Of a DNA stretch of 64,000 nucleotides, positions 39,089 to 51,501 are shown piece by piece. The stretch is from Octopus sinensis. Its lineage: Eukaryota. The stretch is from contig NW_021833295.1 in NCBI RefSeq assembly GCF_006345805.1, positions 1 to 64,000 of the forward strand, read 5' to 3'. A program made the translations under genes and the position numbers. Each line of letters starts with the position of its first letter. Positions within the stretch are counted from its first letter, which is position 1. The notes under the pieces were generated by a model. The model made no database searches. It was given only the letters and a program-made list of their open reading frames with translations, and was not told the DNA's origin.

Positions 39089-40549
39089 ATGCAAGCGCAG
39101 AACTGGGCAGATAATCAAAAAGAAGTTCAGTTCTATGATGATGGACAAAAGTCGTATTTCAGGTTGTCAAACAGTCCCCACTGATAGTAAGGCCCACACA
39201 AGCCTACTTTTGATAATATTCCTGACAATCGTCTACATTGGAGCCAACTACGGGGACTTTAGCGACCCTCTTTATAACAAGAAGCGGTTTGGGCTGTACA
39301 TTCAGTCAGTAGAGGATTCGTGGCAGTCATCGTGTCCTTCCTGTTCTACTGTGTGATCCAACTCCCCGACGGGCCCTTCATGAGACCCCACCCTGGTTGC
39401 CTTCTGAATGCTATTGGCAGCACTGTGGAGACTGGTCTTGGCGGTCTCGATACTTTACGAACTTGCCCTCATCTTTCTTCTCTTCCAAGTACATGAAGTG
39501 ACTGACTTAGACTGCGGGGGATGCCCGGAACATGATGAAGGTGTTCGATCCTTCCCTGGGCCAACCATTCAAGGAGCGACAGTACGGGAATTGTGCAATA
39601 TACGACCCAGTGGCCAATCCCGACGACCCTTTCAAATTCTTTAAGGTTGAAGGTCACGTTTATTGTAGGACAAACTGGACATGTTCATTGCGGCACATTT
39701 TTTCGGCTGGTTTCTACAAGTGAGGTCCCATGTTGTTATTTAGGCTCTGATTCTGCGTGATTGGTTGCTGTGCCACATCATCAGTCTGGGATTCGAAGTG
39801 ATGGAGTACACACTCATGCACCAACTCCCCAACTTCATCGAGTGTTGGTGGGACCATGTGAGCACTCTTTTCTATGTCTAGTTCATTCTCGACATTCTCC
39901 TTACCAATTCGACGGGCATTTATTTGGGACTGCGAGTCCTCGACTATCTCAAAATCAAGCCCTACCACTGGAAGTCCCTGAGAAGCATTCCCAGCATGAG
40001 GTTCCTCTCCTTCCCCACCGCAGAGGCAAGACTAAACGACTGCTGCTTCAATTCTCTCCTTATAACTGGAAGACCTACAATTGGAGACCCACGGCCAGTC
40101 TCCATCGATGGATTATCACAATTTTCGTCATTTTTATGGTCAGTCCTTTTTCTCATGGCAGTTTTTGCTCGCACAAGTTAACTTTTTCTACATAAAGTTT
40201 GCTCTGTGGATCCCCGAGTCGCACTTTCTGTGTGTCCTCAGGACTGCCATCATTTATTTGTCCGGTGGCGTGGCCCTCCGTGAGATCTACAGCTACGTCG
40301 ACTTGGAGTTGTCTTCTTTATTCACAATTCAGGGATTCCTGCAATCGGTTCGGTCCTCAGTCGTGGATATTTCTGGCTTTCATTTTCACCGAGTTGCTCG
40401 TTTATACCAAATTCGAGTGGGAACTGGTGACCACCCCTCCACCCCCTGCCATTGTCGTGTCTTGGGCTGTCTTCCTGGTTGTCCTCTTTATATACACGGT
40501 CGTCACCTTCGTTTTATTTCCACGCAAGACAGAAAAGAAGGCTGACTAA
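39089..40549 (+). CDS. PTDSS2: Phosphatidylserine synthase 2 (base exchange)
   Basis: [61 protein letters not shown]; about 10 introns of 22-25 nt. Confidence 0.9.
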
Positions 40550-41099
40550 TTTCCCCACTTTTATTTCCTATTTGTGCTATTGTTTGATATTTTAAATGTT
40601 CTGATCTGTTGGGTTATTCAGTAAGTGAAGGAAATGTTATAATTAGTCACATTCTCCACTTCCTTGACGACTGAATGTTGGGAAGTGTGTTCTGCAATCG
40701 AAAAAAAGTTTTAACCTCTTTTTATTTGGTCATCACTGACTGTCTTTTCACTTTGGACAACAGAATGTCTCAAACAGTTCATTTGTCGGTCAATTTCATT
40801 ATTTTCTTACTTTTTTCGCGTTCCATGATCTTTTTCTGTTGGAGGTACAAAATGTCGACTTTCCGATTGTTTGCCAGAGTTGTCTTGAAATCATGAGACA
40901 TTCCGCTTGTCGGGAGCTGGGTTTTTAAATGCGTCGTTATGGCAATTAACGATTTAATCTCAGATTTTTCTCCAAGTGTGGTTTAAGAATTATCATAAAA
41001 TGATTACGAGTTTTGTTAAACCAATCCAAATTACTAAATTCATTCAAGTTGAAAAAATATCTTATGAGAATTTTGGTTCCAATTTGCTTCTCTTTGCTA

Positions 41100-41560
41100 T
41101 CGATCCGCCTCCTTCCGCCAGATTCATAGGCCGGAATACAGCGTCTGTATCCTTCACAGGTTCCTCTTGTGTCTCGTGGTTTATCATCGAATGCTTTGCC
41201 GTTGTAGGCAAGAGTTTGTACTCCGGGCGCATGTTTTCAGTTTTTTTTATTACGATTGTCTGAACACAGAGTCATGGACTTGTAGGGAGTTTTGGTAGTT
41301 TATTCCACCCCACATGAGAACCAACGATTCACCTTTGCATTGTGGATTAACCTCAATTCGCTTTCCAAAAGATCGTATTTATATAATTTCTCAAAAAATT
41401 GTTGAGAAGTAATCCCAACTTCGTATTGATGTTTGTCGTAACTTTGTCGTAGAATGCCCGGTTTATTTTTATTGACTATAATATCGTGTCCACACGTATT
41501 TCAACCACCTTATTAGAGACAGTCGACTGAACTTCCAAATTGCGAGTTAAAAATAAATTT
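41100..41560 (-). mobile_element. Highly decayed RLE-type LINE 3' remnant
   Basis: VSNKVVEIRVDT, YEVGITSQ, KLYKYDLL, QTIVIKKT across frameshifts. Confidence 0.6.
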
Positions 41561-42003
41561 AGAATAAAAACATTTTTGACTGATTTCTTTGTAGAAATAT
41601 TTAAAATATGAACATTGTACATTCACATGACACTGCTGTGAATTGTAGTTAATTTATTATTATTTACGCGAATTAAAATATAAACTTAAAAGTAAGCTTG
41701 TTATGTGGAGTGGACCTGACTTACTACAAAACATAGAACTAGAAGAGTCAGTAGAGAAACTGGAAAGTGTTTTAGAAGACGTCAGCCTATTCCGCGGAAA
41801 AATTGCTCAAGAAATGAGTTACCAATAATATTACCACCGCAGAAAATTATTCAAACATTCTGTCCAAACTACACATCCAGGATTAGACTATCTGTTTGGT
41901 TAATTTGTTTAAATGAGTGCCGCACCACATCAATATTATTGAGCAATTGATGCAATAATTAAATCACCTGCAAACAGAATGATTAGAGAAAATAGGTTAA
42001 GCA

Positions 42004-42489
42004 TCAATTTCGGCCGTAGACCAACTCATTTTTGTATGTGACATATAAAAATCCGTCCTCGTCCTTGTATTTCTGCCAATAGACACACACACATACCGAG
42101 TAGAGATAACTCATTTTTGACTGAGGGGAAATTGCCTGCCTTCCTTTCACGTAAAAGAAAAGTGCGTGGGCACTGTCCAAGTCGAGTCGTCGTCTGAATT
42201 TTATAAAGTGAGGGTCACCGCACTGCGTTGATCAAATGGGAGAATTCGATGTGTGCGCTCGTCTGGAATCGATTCCTGATCAGTTGGGGCAGGGTGGAGG
42301 AGGGATCTGCCTCTAAAATGACCTGGAATGTTCTGAAATTAGCGAGACTGGGATCTTTTCGTTATCTTTGCTTTGTATGCGGTTGAATATTGCGATTCTC
42401 TCCTCCAAGGTGTGCTGGTCTTTAAAGGTTGGGTTTTTATTTGTATTGTCTTGAGGATCATCCTCCGGAGCTCCACGAAAAAAATTCAT
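42004..42489 (-). CDS. ATG8-family (LC3/GABARAP-like) ubiquitin-like protein, absent from the ORF track
   Basis: Three introns (26, 25, 22 nt) give FKDQHTLEER..EKIPVILE..RRRLDL..ALFFYV..YKDEDGFLYVTYKNELVYG-RN with the conserved C-terminal Gly. Confidence 0.88.
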
Positions 42490-42699
42490 TTGATTTTTTA
42501 TTTGAAATTTATTTGTTTTGAATTTTTTGTAGGAGTATATTAATTTATTAACAAATAATAAAATTAAAATTAAAAAAATAAAATGTCAATTTAATATGCG
42601 CATTGACTAGAGAAATTTAAAAGGCCTTTTGATGAATTTAAAAGTGGGAACCTTTATTATCCAAAAACCAATTTCCAAAACCCTAAAAAGCCAAAAATC

Positions 42700-43060
42700 T
42701 GAATATGGTTTTCTGATTTGTCCCAACAACGATCCAAACATTCACAATCATCTGTTTGTATCATTATAATAAGGTTTATCACTTTCACACATTTCGGGGA
42801 AAATATTTGTGCCCAAAGTGCTTTTTGGTGGATAATGAAAGGTCATCTCGCTCCAATGACTGTTGATAAAAAATAATCTGTGTTCCTCTCATACTGTGCG
42901 CTTTGTCCATAGGTACCCCCAGTAGGTGAGTGGTGTTTATCCCTTCAACTCACAACATCACAAATTCGTTTCTACGTGTGACTTTTGAGCGGGATGAATG
43001 TAATCATTTCTTTTTGTGGCTTACTGTCGTACCTGAATAGCATTGCTCTGTTCATTATAT
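42700..43060 (-). mobile_element. Possible Penelope-like GIY-YIG endonuclease remnant
   Basis: Broken peptides TKRTV*EEHR and KKHFGHKYF..VKVI resemble Penelope GIY-YIG; heavily degraded. Confidence 0.3.
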
Positions 43061-43357
43061 CATTTATCATCACATGAAACTGAAAATGATGAATTAATAT
43101 CATTAATTTTATTTCTATTAATGTTTACTGTCATTTTTGTGGTGCTGTTCTTCGCAGGTTTGCAGACAGAGGCGTCGCTTTAATTTTCTGAATTATTTCA
43201 TTTTTATTATTGAGAACAAGATTTTAGTATACATTCCCTTTATTTGTTCCCACATAACTTTCTTGTCCTGAGTCCCCAAATAACTAGTATCTGTAGTTGA
43301 CTGTGGAGAGTTGCTAAAGATAGTTATTCCTCTTAAACACATCTCTCTATTGCATTA

Positions 43358-44760
43358 ATGTCGAATACACATCCTGGAGAATTTGTGCTTATGTTTAATA
43401 TCAGTGGAATTTCCTCTTCACTACAAAGAACACAATTGACTGAGAACCTAATTTATTATGGAGCTTCAGTAGCTTTCCTTCAAGAAACTAAGCTCAATGA
43501 GGATTTCGAGGAGATTGTTGGATTATTTAGGATTATCTTACTAAAACCGGAAGACTGTGGATTTGCAATCTATGCCAACTCAATTTACAAATGCTGGAGA
43601 ATTAATAACCGGATCTCAGTTTTACAAGTAATGCTGGGGAAAGCGCTTCTGATCAGCATTAAAGCATATGTATCAACAATGGGTATAGCAATGAAATGTC
43701 CTAAACAAGTCGAAAATGTTTACTCAAATCTCGCCATGACTATAGGCGATATACGTGCTTCTCTTCTCATTTTCCTTGGAGGTGACTGGAATGCAAAAGT
43801 GAGAACACGTCGTAAGGATGAAAATTCTATCGGAGCTTATAGTAGAGGAATAAGGAACTCAAATGGCGCAGCTTTAGGAGACTTCTGAAGTTCATTTGAT
43901 CTTTTTTGTGCAACAAGACATTTAAACATTCGGCAAGACATATGAAGAAGTTGGTGGGACAAAGACAAAATCAGAATGGGAAGATTTTACCTATTTACGA
44001 CTAAATATATTACATCATCTCTGGATGTAATTTCAAATGCATGCTGATAGATTCACAATCTTACGGAGCCGAAGAAGCTGAACAGCTCAATTATGGCCCA
44101 AAAATGTTCCGACCTATTCGTTTGCTAGATAGGCCTAAAAGAGTTAATTCTACTTGATGACTATGGAAGAAGAATGTTTGATAAAAAAACTGAAAAATAA
44201 GAGAACTAAAAAATAAGAGGAATCCCTTTTAGAAATGACAATGAGCACATATCTCAGTTTGTTAGAACTCATATATGTCTAACTGTTCCAATAACTATTA
44301 CAAAGATGAAAACTGGTAGGAGTATGAGTATTGATAGCATTAATGGAGAACTTTCAAGATACTCTAAGCTTACTTGCTCATTAGTTACGCAAAAGCAGAG
44401 TTTCACTTGAACAAGAAGTGTTAATTTCTGTATAGAAACTAGGGAAGGCGGTTAAACCGGTAGAAAATCTCAGACCTATAATTTTTTAAATATCTCTGCG
44501 AAAACTACTCTCATTGATTGTTCTTCACAGAATATCTTCTATCGTGGACAAATTCTTGTCTTTGGGACAAAGTGAGTTCAGAAGAGGGAGGCAGTTTACA
44601 TACTGGGTATAGATCTATCCGGAGCGTTTGACACTGTTCGCAAAGGAAAGCTTATTCAGCTATTAGGAACATTGTTGGATGAGGACAGTTTGAGAATGAT
44701 ATGTGTCTTAGTGGGGTCGTCTGATTGTACATCTAAATAGGAACAAGTTCGGTAATCCAA
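43358..44760 (+). mobile_element. Decayed APE-RT LINE (RTE/L2-like)
   Basis: APE motifs FNISG, AFLQET, GGDWNAKV, GIRNSNG; downstream broken RT motifs (NLRPI, GIDLSGAFDTV). Confidence 0.8.
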
Positions 44761-45131
44761 ATATAATATTCCAATTAATTTACAAAGCTAAGATTGTGAC
44801 AATTTCCCGGGATTCTGTCATATATTGGAATGTAGACGTTCTTTAATTAAATTGTAAAAAAAACATTATCAATAATGAAGACGACGAGAGTCACAGAAAA
44901 AGAACCGCCACTTGAAAGGAATGGAATGTCTTTTATTGATCAAAAAAACAGAAACCGAAAGAAAATAAGTTAACATAGAGATTAAACGAGGTACCGAAGT
45001 GTCTCTTTCAATGCGTATCCCCAATTATAGTCGGCGTCAACAATTTTTCTCCAAGACCATCCGGATCGTGGGCACAGAAGATTCTTGCGACCTTTCTAGC
45101 CTTTCATCAAGTTATACTCCATAAGCCAGTT

Positions 45132-45560
45132 TCAATGCAAAACGTCTTGTTTTTTTCCGACAAGGTAGTCACTCTCCTCCGTACCGTGCCAGCCCTCGTA
45201 GCCATATGTGAGGACTGGTCGTACACACGTTTTGTATATGTACGTTTCCGGATCCAGATGGAACGTGGTTAAGCTTTTGAGGATCCTCTTCTTCTGTTTA
45301 GCTACGTGGTCGGCGTACGAACCATGGCAGTTGACTATTACTCCAAGGTAGTGTAGATTCAAACTCTTGAAGAGATCCATATCATAAGCACTCATAGCAT
45401 AAGAACAGTCGTCTCCAAGACTGTGATATCCTTTTGGTATATTATGATATTAATAGACATGTAGCCTTCAAATTCCACTTTCATTGCTTCCTTCACCTTA
45501 GTCTCATTAATGATCAAGATGTCAGACTTCGCTGAAGATAGGAAGAGCCTCAGCTCCGGT
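45132..45560 (-). mobile_element. LINE RT fragment, opposite orientation
   Basis: HYLGV..YKTCVRPVLTYGYEGW is the RT thumb-region motif. Confidence 0.7.
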
Positions 45561-45752
45561 GCCCACTCCCTTGCAAGACGGGAACTTGAAAGGAACTGAT
45601 AAGCCGTAAAGCTGAAAATTCATTAGATATATAAACGAATAAATAGTTTTATTAATAAATATTAAATTTTTGTTATAATAGAACAATACAATGTTAATGA
45701 TATTCACTGAATTAATCACTTTTATGATATACTAGGTTAATCGTGACTATTT

Positions 45753-46246
45753 ATGCTGAACAAAACATATGTTTTATCAAAAGATGCAGCCATTGCCGTC
45801 ACATTATCAGTTTAATTACTCCAAATACATTTTTGTAGATTCTAGATTTGGTAACATTTGGAATTTCTCTTTCTATTACTGAAAAAAACGCTAATTTATG
45901 TGCAAATATATTTTTACTGTTATGGATATTCGTCACAACATTTATATTTGTTATTATTTATTCTTTTGGACTTGAAAAGAAATTTAATCCCGGATTATTA
46001 TCTAAAGGGGTTATATATGTATTTTACTTATAGCAATTACTGTTCCTTTCATTAAATTCAACATTTCTGGTAATTGTCATCGCGAATTTTTATTCGGTTT
46101 ACAAAATTCATTCTAATTTGGTTATCGCACTGACGGTATTTTTTGAATGATAAAAATAGATTCTATGTATTCTTCAAATAATCTACAGAATTTTTCTACT
46201 AATAATTCTTTTAAAAAATTGGAATAGACTACTAATGAATTGTTAA
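45753..46246 (+). CDS. Orphan ~150-aa multi-pass (about 4 TM) membrane protein
   Basis: Putative GT-AG introns join four hydrophobic segments (AAIAVTLS|ILDLVTFGI, NIFLLLWIFVTTFIFVII, QLLFLSLNSTFLVIVIANF, ILCILQIIYRIFLLII); no family recognised. Confidence 0.4.
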
Positions 46247-47832
46247 TTATATGACATTTAACTTGAATTTAGTAATAAAAATCAAATAAACTAATAAATA
46301 TAACAAAAATTAACTTCACCACCAAAGTCTGTACCACCAAAGCAGAGTGGAAAAGCTTAAAAGCGGAAAGCTTCTTTCTGAAATCAGGGCACAGATCTCC
46401 AGAAAAAATATATTTTTAATTTAGATAATATTGATATGTGTATATTTGCGAGTTCTTCCTTAGTTTCTTTGACAGAATAAAAATGATTATTTTTTCGCGT
46501 GAAGGTATATATTTTCGCAGATATATTGTCATATAATAAGGACTTTGTTATTTAAAACGATGTCGTTTCTTGATATTACTAAGTCGTCTACGTTGAATCG
46601 TTTTTTTCCGAGTATCTTTGTAGATCCACGAGATCAACAATATACCTGTTCCGTGGCGCATAAGCAAATATAGTGTAATAAAAGGTTTATATCGCATTAA
46701 CTGTTTAGACTACAAATTAAATTACTTATCTTGCCTGACAAAGAACGCACTGTCAGATAATTTTACAGACTTGCAGTCTTTTTATTCCATAGCTAATGAA
46801 ATAAGAAGCTTATCTCTACCAAAATGGTCAGAATTGTGACAGCCTTGAAATTTTAATCACTACGTTTTATTCAATAGTTTTCATTTTTAATTTAGCTTTG
46901 TCAGATGCAAAGAACCTCAAAAGTTTCCCTTTTCAAAAATAAAAGCTTTTTCCTTGTCAAGTAGCTAAATCTTTAAGAAACTTCCTATGCGACAGTGTTC
47001 GTTCTATGATAATCCTTTATCTAAACAGGCTTATCATAAATTTTAATTTTTGAAATAATTTCTCTTCATAATCCAATAAAAACCTCTGAAATGTGTTATT
47101 TATACTTAGTTATTGATTTTTGCTCGAATTAATTAACGAATTGATTTTCCAATGAAAAAATAAGATGATTTTTTATTAAAAATACAACTCGAGTTCGACC
47201 TCTACAAGGTAAAATCACTTTTGAGATTTTGAAAGATTAAAAAAGAAGTCTACGCTAATTCGACGTATATTTTTAAAAAATTATATCGTTTTATCCGCAT
47301 TTAAACAGAATTCATATTATTTTTAGATAAATTTTTATTATTAATAAACATTTTTGGAATATTTTGTAATAAAATTAGTAAAATTGAATATATCCTAGGA
47401 CAAACAAGCATCGCCCTTTTAAATTAGTAAATATCAAGAACCAGTTCGTTGAGTCGAAACAGCTAAAAAGGTGAAATAATCTTCTGTCGTTATAACTGCT
47501 TAATTTCTTATTTTTTACTAATTATTTATATTTAATAAATTATTAGTTTATTGTATGTTTTGATTGAATGGTTGTCTTAAATCATTAGTCATACTATTTA
47601 TTCAATTATCATTAATAGTGAATATTCAATTTCTCAAATTTTCACGAAAACGCGTAGATTATAAATTAGAACTCCCTTCACTGACGAATAATACGTAAAA
47701 AGTATGCGGTTTTTTATTCTTTAATCATTTTCTTATCCTATTTTTTGACCTTGTCATTTTGACATTTTTAAATTTATATCATAGTTAAACGTTTTAAAAA
47801 TATTTTACTAATGTTTTTAGTTATAATAAAGA

Positions 47833-48504
47833 ATGTCCTCACCGGTTGAGAGAAGTTATATTTTCTTCAACGAATTCCCCCTCCTCAAATTCAGTCAAAG
47901 CGTTTACAAATACAGAAGCAATTATCACAATACGAACAACAACTATTTTTTTCCTGAATGGTACCCTCCCGAACAGAGTCAGTTTGTAGCCCAGGAGTGC
48001 TTAAATCAGCCTCATTATTTGTATCCACCTCAGTTTGCTGACATGAGTTACTATGATTCATTTTTTTTGAATCAAAATTTTATTCCCACGAGGTTTATTC
48101 CTACTGACAATAATATCTTATCTGACTACTCAAACTTGTATTCTTCAGGAATAAATAGCAATGACCAAAATTATGCCGGGATGAGTTATGATCTGTTGTG
48201 TCAAGATAAAACGAGTACTCACTATGATCAGAATTTATCAAATTGTCAAATTCCTAAATACGAAACTTTTCCAAAGGAAATTGAAAAAATTGAGAAGCGC
48301 AGACTTTCGAATAAATTGGCAGCTCGTCGTTGTCGTCTTAAAAAATTTGAGTATATAAAGCAATTGGATGGTAAAATTCAATTATATGACAATTATATAA
48401 AAAATGTTGAACAAATCGAAGATTCTTTGCCCGAAGAAAAAACTTTGTTGAAGTCGGTTTTTGAAATTTTGAAATCTAAATCGCTTAACTTTTTACTTAA
48501 ATAA
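47833..48504 (+). CDS. bZIP transcription factor, AP-1/Jun-Fos/ATF-like basic region
   Basis: Single-exon 223-aa ORF; KRRLSNKLAARRCRLKK (NxxAAxxCR) followed by a degenerate zipper. Confidence 0.8.
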   Translation: MSSPVERSYIFFNEFPLLKFSQSVYKYRSNYHNTNNNYFFPEWYPPEQSQFVAQECLNQPHYLYPPQFADMSYYDSFFLNQNFIPTRFIPTDNNILSDYSNLYSSGINSNDQNYAGMSYDLLCQDKTSTHYDQNLSNCQIPKYETFPKEIEKIEKRRLSNKLAARRCRLKKFEYIKQLDGKIQLYDNYIKNVEQIEDSLPEEKTLLKSVFEILKSKSLNFLLK

Positions 48505-48659
48505 TTATTTTAATTTGTTTTTTAAACCTTTCTAAAAATGATTTTTTAACAAAATTCGTTATTTTCACAAAATATGTTAAAAAGATAAAAATCAATTCTT
48601 AAATTCTGATGGACATTAATTTAACAAAAAGTAAGCCATTCTACTCATTTTAATTCAAT

Positions 48660-49060
48660 CGAGTTGATTACTTTTTGAGAAATTTCATAAATCACGTTTC
48701 GGGAATTCAACTCACCAGATTTAATTAAAATGAGTCGGATGACTCACTTTTGAATATTCTAGTGTTCACAGATCTGAAATGACTCATTTTATAAGAATAC
48801 GAGTCACAGATCGAGTCCGATCTCCATAGAAATCCTGAATTCTAGATGGCGACATTTTGGCCAGATATTAAGACTGGGCAGTTTCACTCTGCCAAACATC
48901 GGGATAGAAATCTATTTAATCCAACCCGAAGGGGTATTCTGTGGAAATCCCAGAGTCACCCTACCTGCCGGATTAAACCAAGATTTAGCAAAACTAAACA
49001 GAAAACTGCAAAATATAGAGAATCTCGATGTCTAAAAGCATTAGCAAGTAACAAGGGGGC
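48660..49060 (+). mobile_element. RTE-like LINE 3' remnant
   Basis: PISIEILNSRWRHFGQILRL..GNPRVTLPAGLNQDL. Confidence 0.65.
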
Positions 49061-49339
49061 CATGAAAACACATGTGCAAAAGGATATTAATCGTGGAATA
49101 GGAAAACTAGTTTATGATAGTTAAGTTTATGATTTGCGTAAGTGACAAATAATAATAATAATTCAAACAGCAAAAATAATTGTAATTCTAGGTCATTTTT
49201 GAGGCACAAAAAAGATTACAATTTTTTATTCGCATTTCTCCTGCCATTTCTATTTTATCTGAATGTCTTCTAATTCTGAATACTAGTATCACAAATTTTA
49301 CGTGATGATTAGTGACATTGACACGTTTTTAAGTTATTC

Positions 49340-49560
49340 GTATAAAATAAATTTTGCAAAGTCTGCTACCAATTGCTAATGACATCATGAAAACATACTT
49401 TGGGTCTTCTTCGAGACAGGCCACGGACGACACTACCACTGAGCATAAATAATGAACTAAAGCATGCCGGATTTTTACTAAAAATAGAGATGCCCTAGAC
49501 AGCCTTCGAAAAATAGCAATCTCAAGAGGGTGTGTCTAACAGACAAAATCGTCCAGGATT
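49340..49560 (+). mobile_element. Second RTE-like LINE 3' remnant
   Basis: PIANDIMKTYF..DSLRKIA resembles the same C-terminal region as 48845-49060. Confidence 0.45.
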
Positions 49561-49881
49561 TAGCACAAGGGGAAAAAACATTATTAATTCCTTATTCTCG
49601 CGAATGTGCTAATAATTATCCCTCTGTCTTGGAAATTTCAAAATTTCTTCTGAGACTCGTTTTTGGTTTTAATCTGTCAGCAAATTCATTCTTTTAAAAT
49701 CTATATCGACGCTACTAATAGTTTTATATACAACCAGTGGGGGAGTGAATAAATAAACATCCACTCTCTGATTTCTACTGCAATTTTATTGGATTTTTTC
49801 ATGCTTTGACCAACAGAGGTTAATTAGCGTTTTATCGCAAAATATTCGACAACATAGTAAATTAAGAGTGAAAAATGAGTG

Positions 49882-51001
49882 TTAGAAGGTGGGAATGTAA
49901 TTGTCCATTTTATTGGTGTTCCCGTGAGTAATGCACTCACATATCCAACTAATGTTCCTGATTTCCTGTTCCTTCAGCCGGACAAATGAATAAAACACGG
50001 AAAAACTGAACTGATTCATGAAGGAGTTGACATTCAGTTGCACCTCATGTTCCAACAACTTTTCCTCCAAGTCCTTACTCCCATCCTCGAAAATAAGTCG
50101 GTAGTCCTACGCTCGGGAACACAACCAACCGCATAAATGTCGGCCACCGAGCGCACCTGGTCGTAGGTGTCAGCCATGGCCAGGCGCATGTACCCAAACG
50201 GGGAAAGTCGACCACAGTTGGGATACAATCTGAATCGGTCGTCCTTTGCCATTTCTGTGCGTCCGATGGAGTTTATTGTGATGAGAAAAACACGGCGGTC
50301 GGCCTCGAACTGCAATATTTCCTCCATCACTTGACGAGTCACTGAATCGAGAGTCCCCACATATTTATAAAAGTCCTCCAAATAGGCCTTGTACAGGGCA
50401 TTCCGAATAATCTCAATGTTGGTCTCGTCCAAGTCCTGTTCCGACAGACACCCCGCAAAGTAGGGACCTACGTGAATCAAGCGACCCGACCCAGAGGAGT
50501 GTCCACCATTATGCTCCTGTACAAATCTTCGGATGAGGTAGCCAAGTGAACTGCCCCCATTTCGAGGAAACTGCCAAGGGGGTGACACTTTGGGAGAAGC
50601 TCGGCGATTGGGACGTCGTGTACTACGCCTGTGATGAGGAGGACGACATTCTCGATCATGTACCCATACCTGCCTTATCACTCACCACTACGTTATGTAG
50701 TCCAGGAACCGACTGAGTTGGCCTGTGGCGTGACTCCGAATGTAGTTGAATTGCGTCACAAAACTTTCTTGCAGTTTTTCTTCTATTTCGTTTACGTCCA
50801 GCACGTCCAGCTTGGAAATGGCCGTTTGATAGTCTGTTTCCTGGAGGTGGAGTTTTACGTCTAAGTGGGCACAGGTTGGGTACCTTCGAGGTTTTCCGAC
50901 TGCATCAGATTCTGGTAGTCCGACCTGGTTAGAAGACCTGATTTGAATCCCCGAACAATTCCTTCCAAATATCCGTAGTGAATGTTAAACGTGCAGCTCA
51001 T
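49882..51001 (-). CDS. ATP6V0D1: V-type ATPase V0 subunit d
   Basis: [80 protein letters not shown]. Confidence 0.95.
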
Positions 51002-51264
51002 TCTAACACTGCTAATTAATTCTATCAAACCACAAAATGTTTATTAAATCGATTCTAATTCTATTTTATTTATCCCAATGAGCCAACTATTTTTCATCAA
51101 ACAAACTAATTATTTTATTTGTGCAAATCTGGTTAGTTTTCTGCACGAAAGGAATGTGAATCCTTAATTTTTTAGTTCAAAAAATAACGCAGGGAACATA
51201 GCATAACATCATTTCGTGACCTGTCTGTAAAAGTGCAGAAAAATATATTTAATTGACAATGCTA

Positions 51265-51325
51265 GCAGTTGGTGGTATTCTTAGTGAGGCTTCCAAGTGG
51301 CACTTAGGAATACACTGCTGGCTGT
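51265..51325 (+). other. Imperfect ~61-nt stem-loop
   Basis: GCAGTTGGTGGTATTCTTAGTG pairs with CACTTAGGAATACACTGCTGGCTGT using G-U pairs and small bulges; hand folding only. Confidence 0.35.
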
Positions 51326-51501
51326 ACCACTCAATAAATTAATTAAATATCAATTCTCCGTGATTTAACAACCTGTCTTATCTGATCATGAGTTGTTGAC
51401 ACTGTCCGGACAATGTAGGCCTGTTTCCTCGATTTGCTGACATCCGGTCAAAACAATGCCATTTTCACCAAATTATCACATGATAAAATCAACACTAATA
51501 T

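Noticed and set aside
41703-41990. Short plus-strand ORF with a candidate 25-nt intron, convergent on ATG8
   Set aside because: No consistent splice model or recognisable family; left uncalled.
48846-49124. 92-aa ORF as a host gene
   Set aside because: Another frame gives the RTE-LINE C-terminal motif RWRHFGQILRL; it is TE debris.
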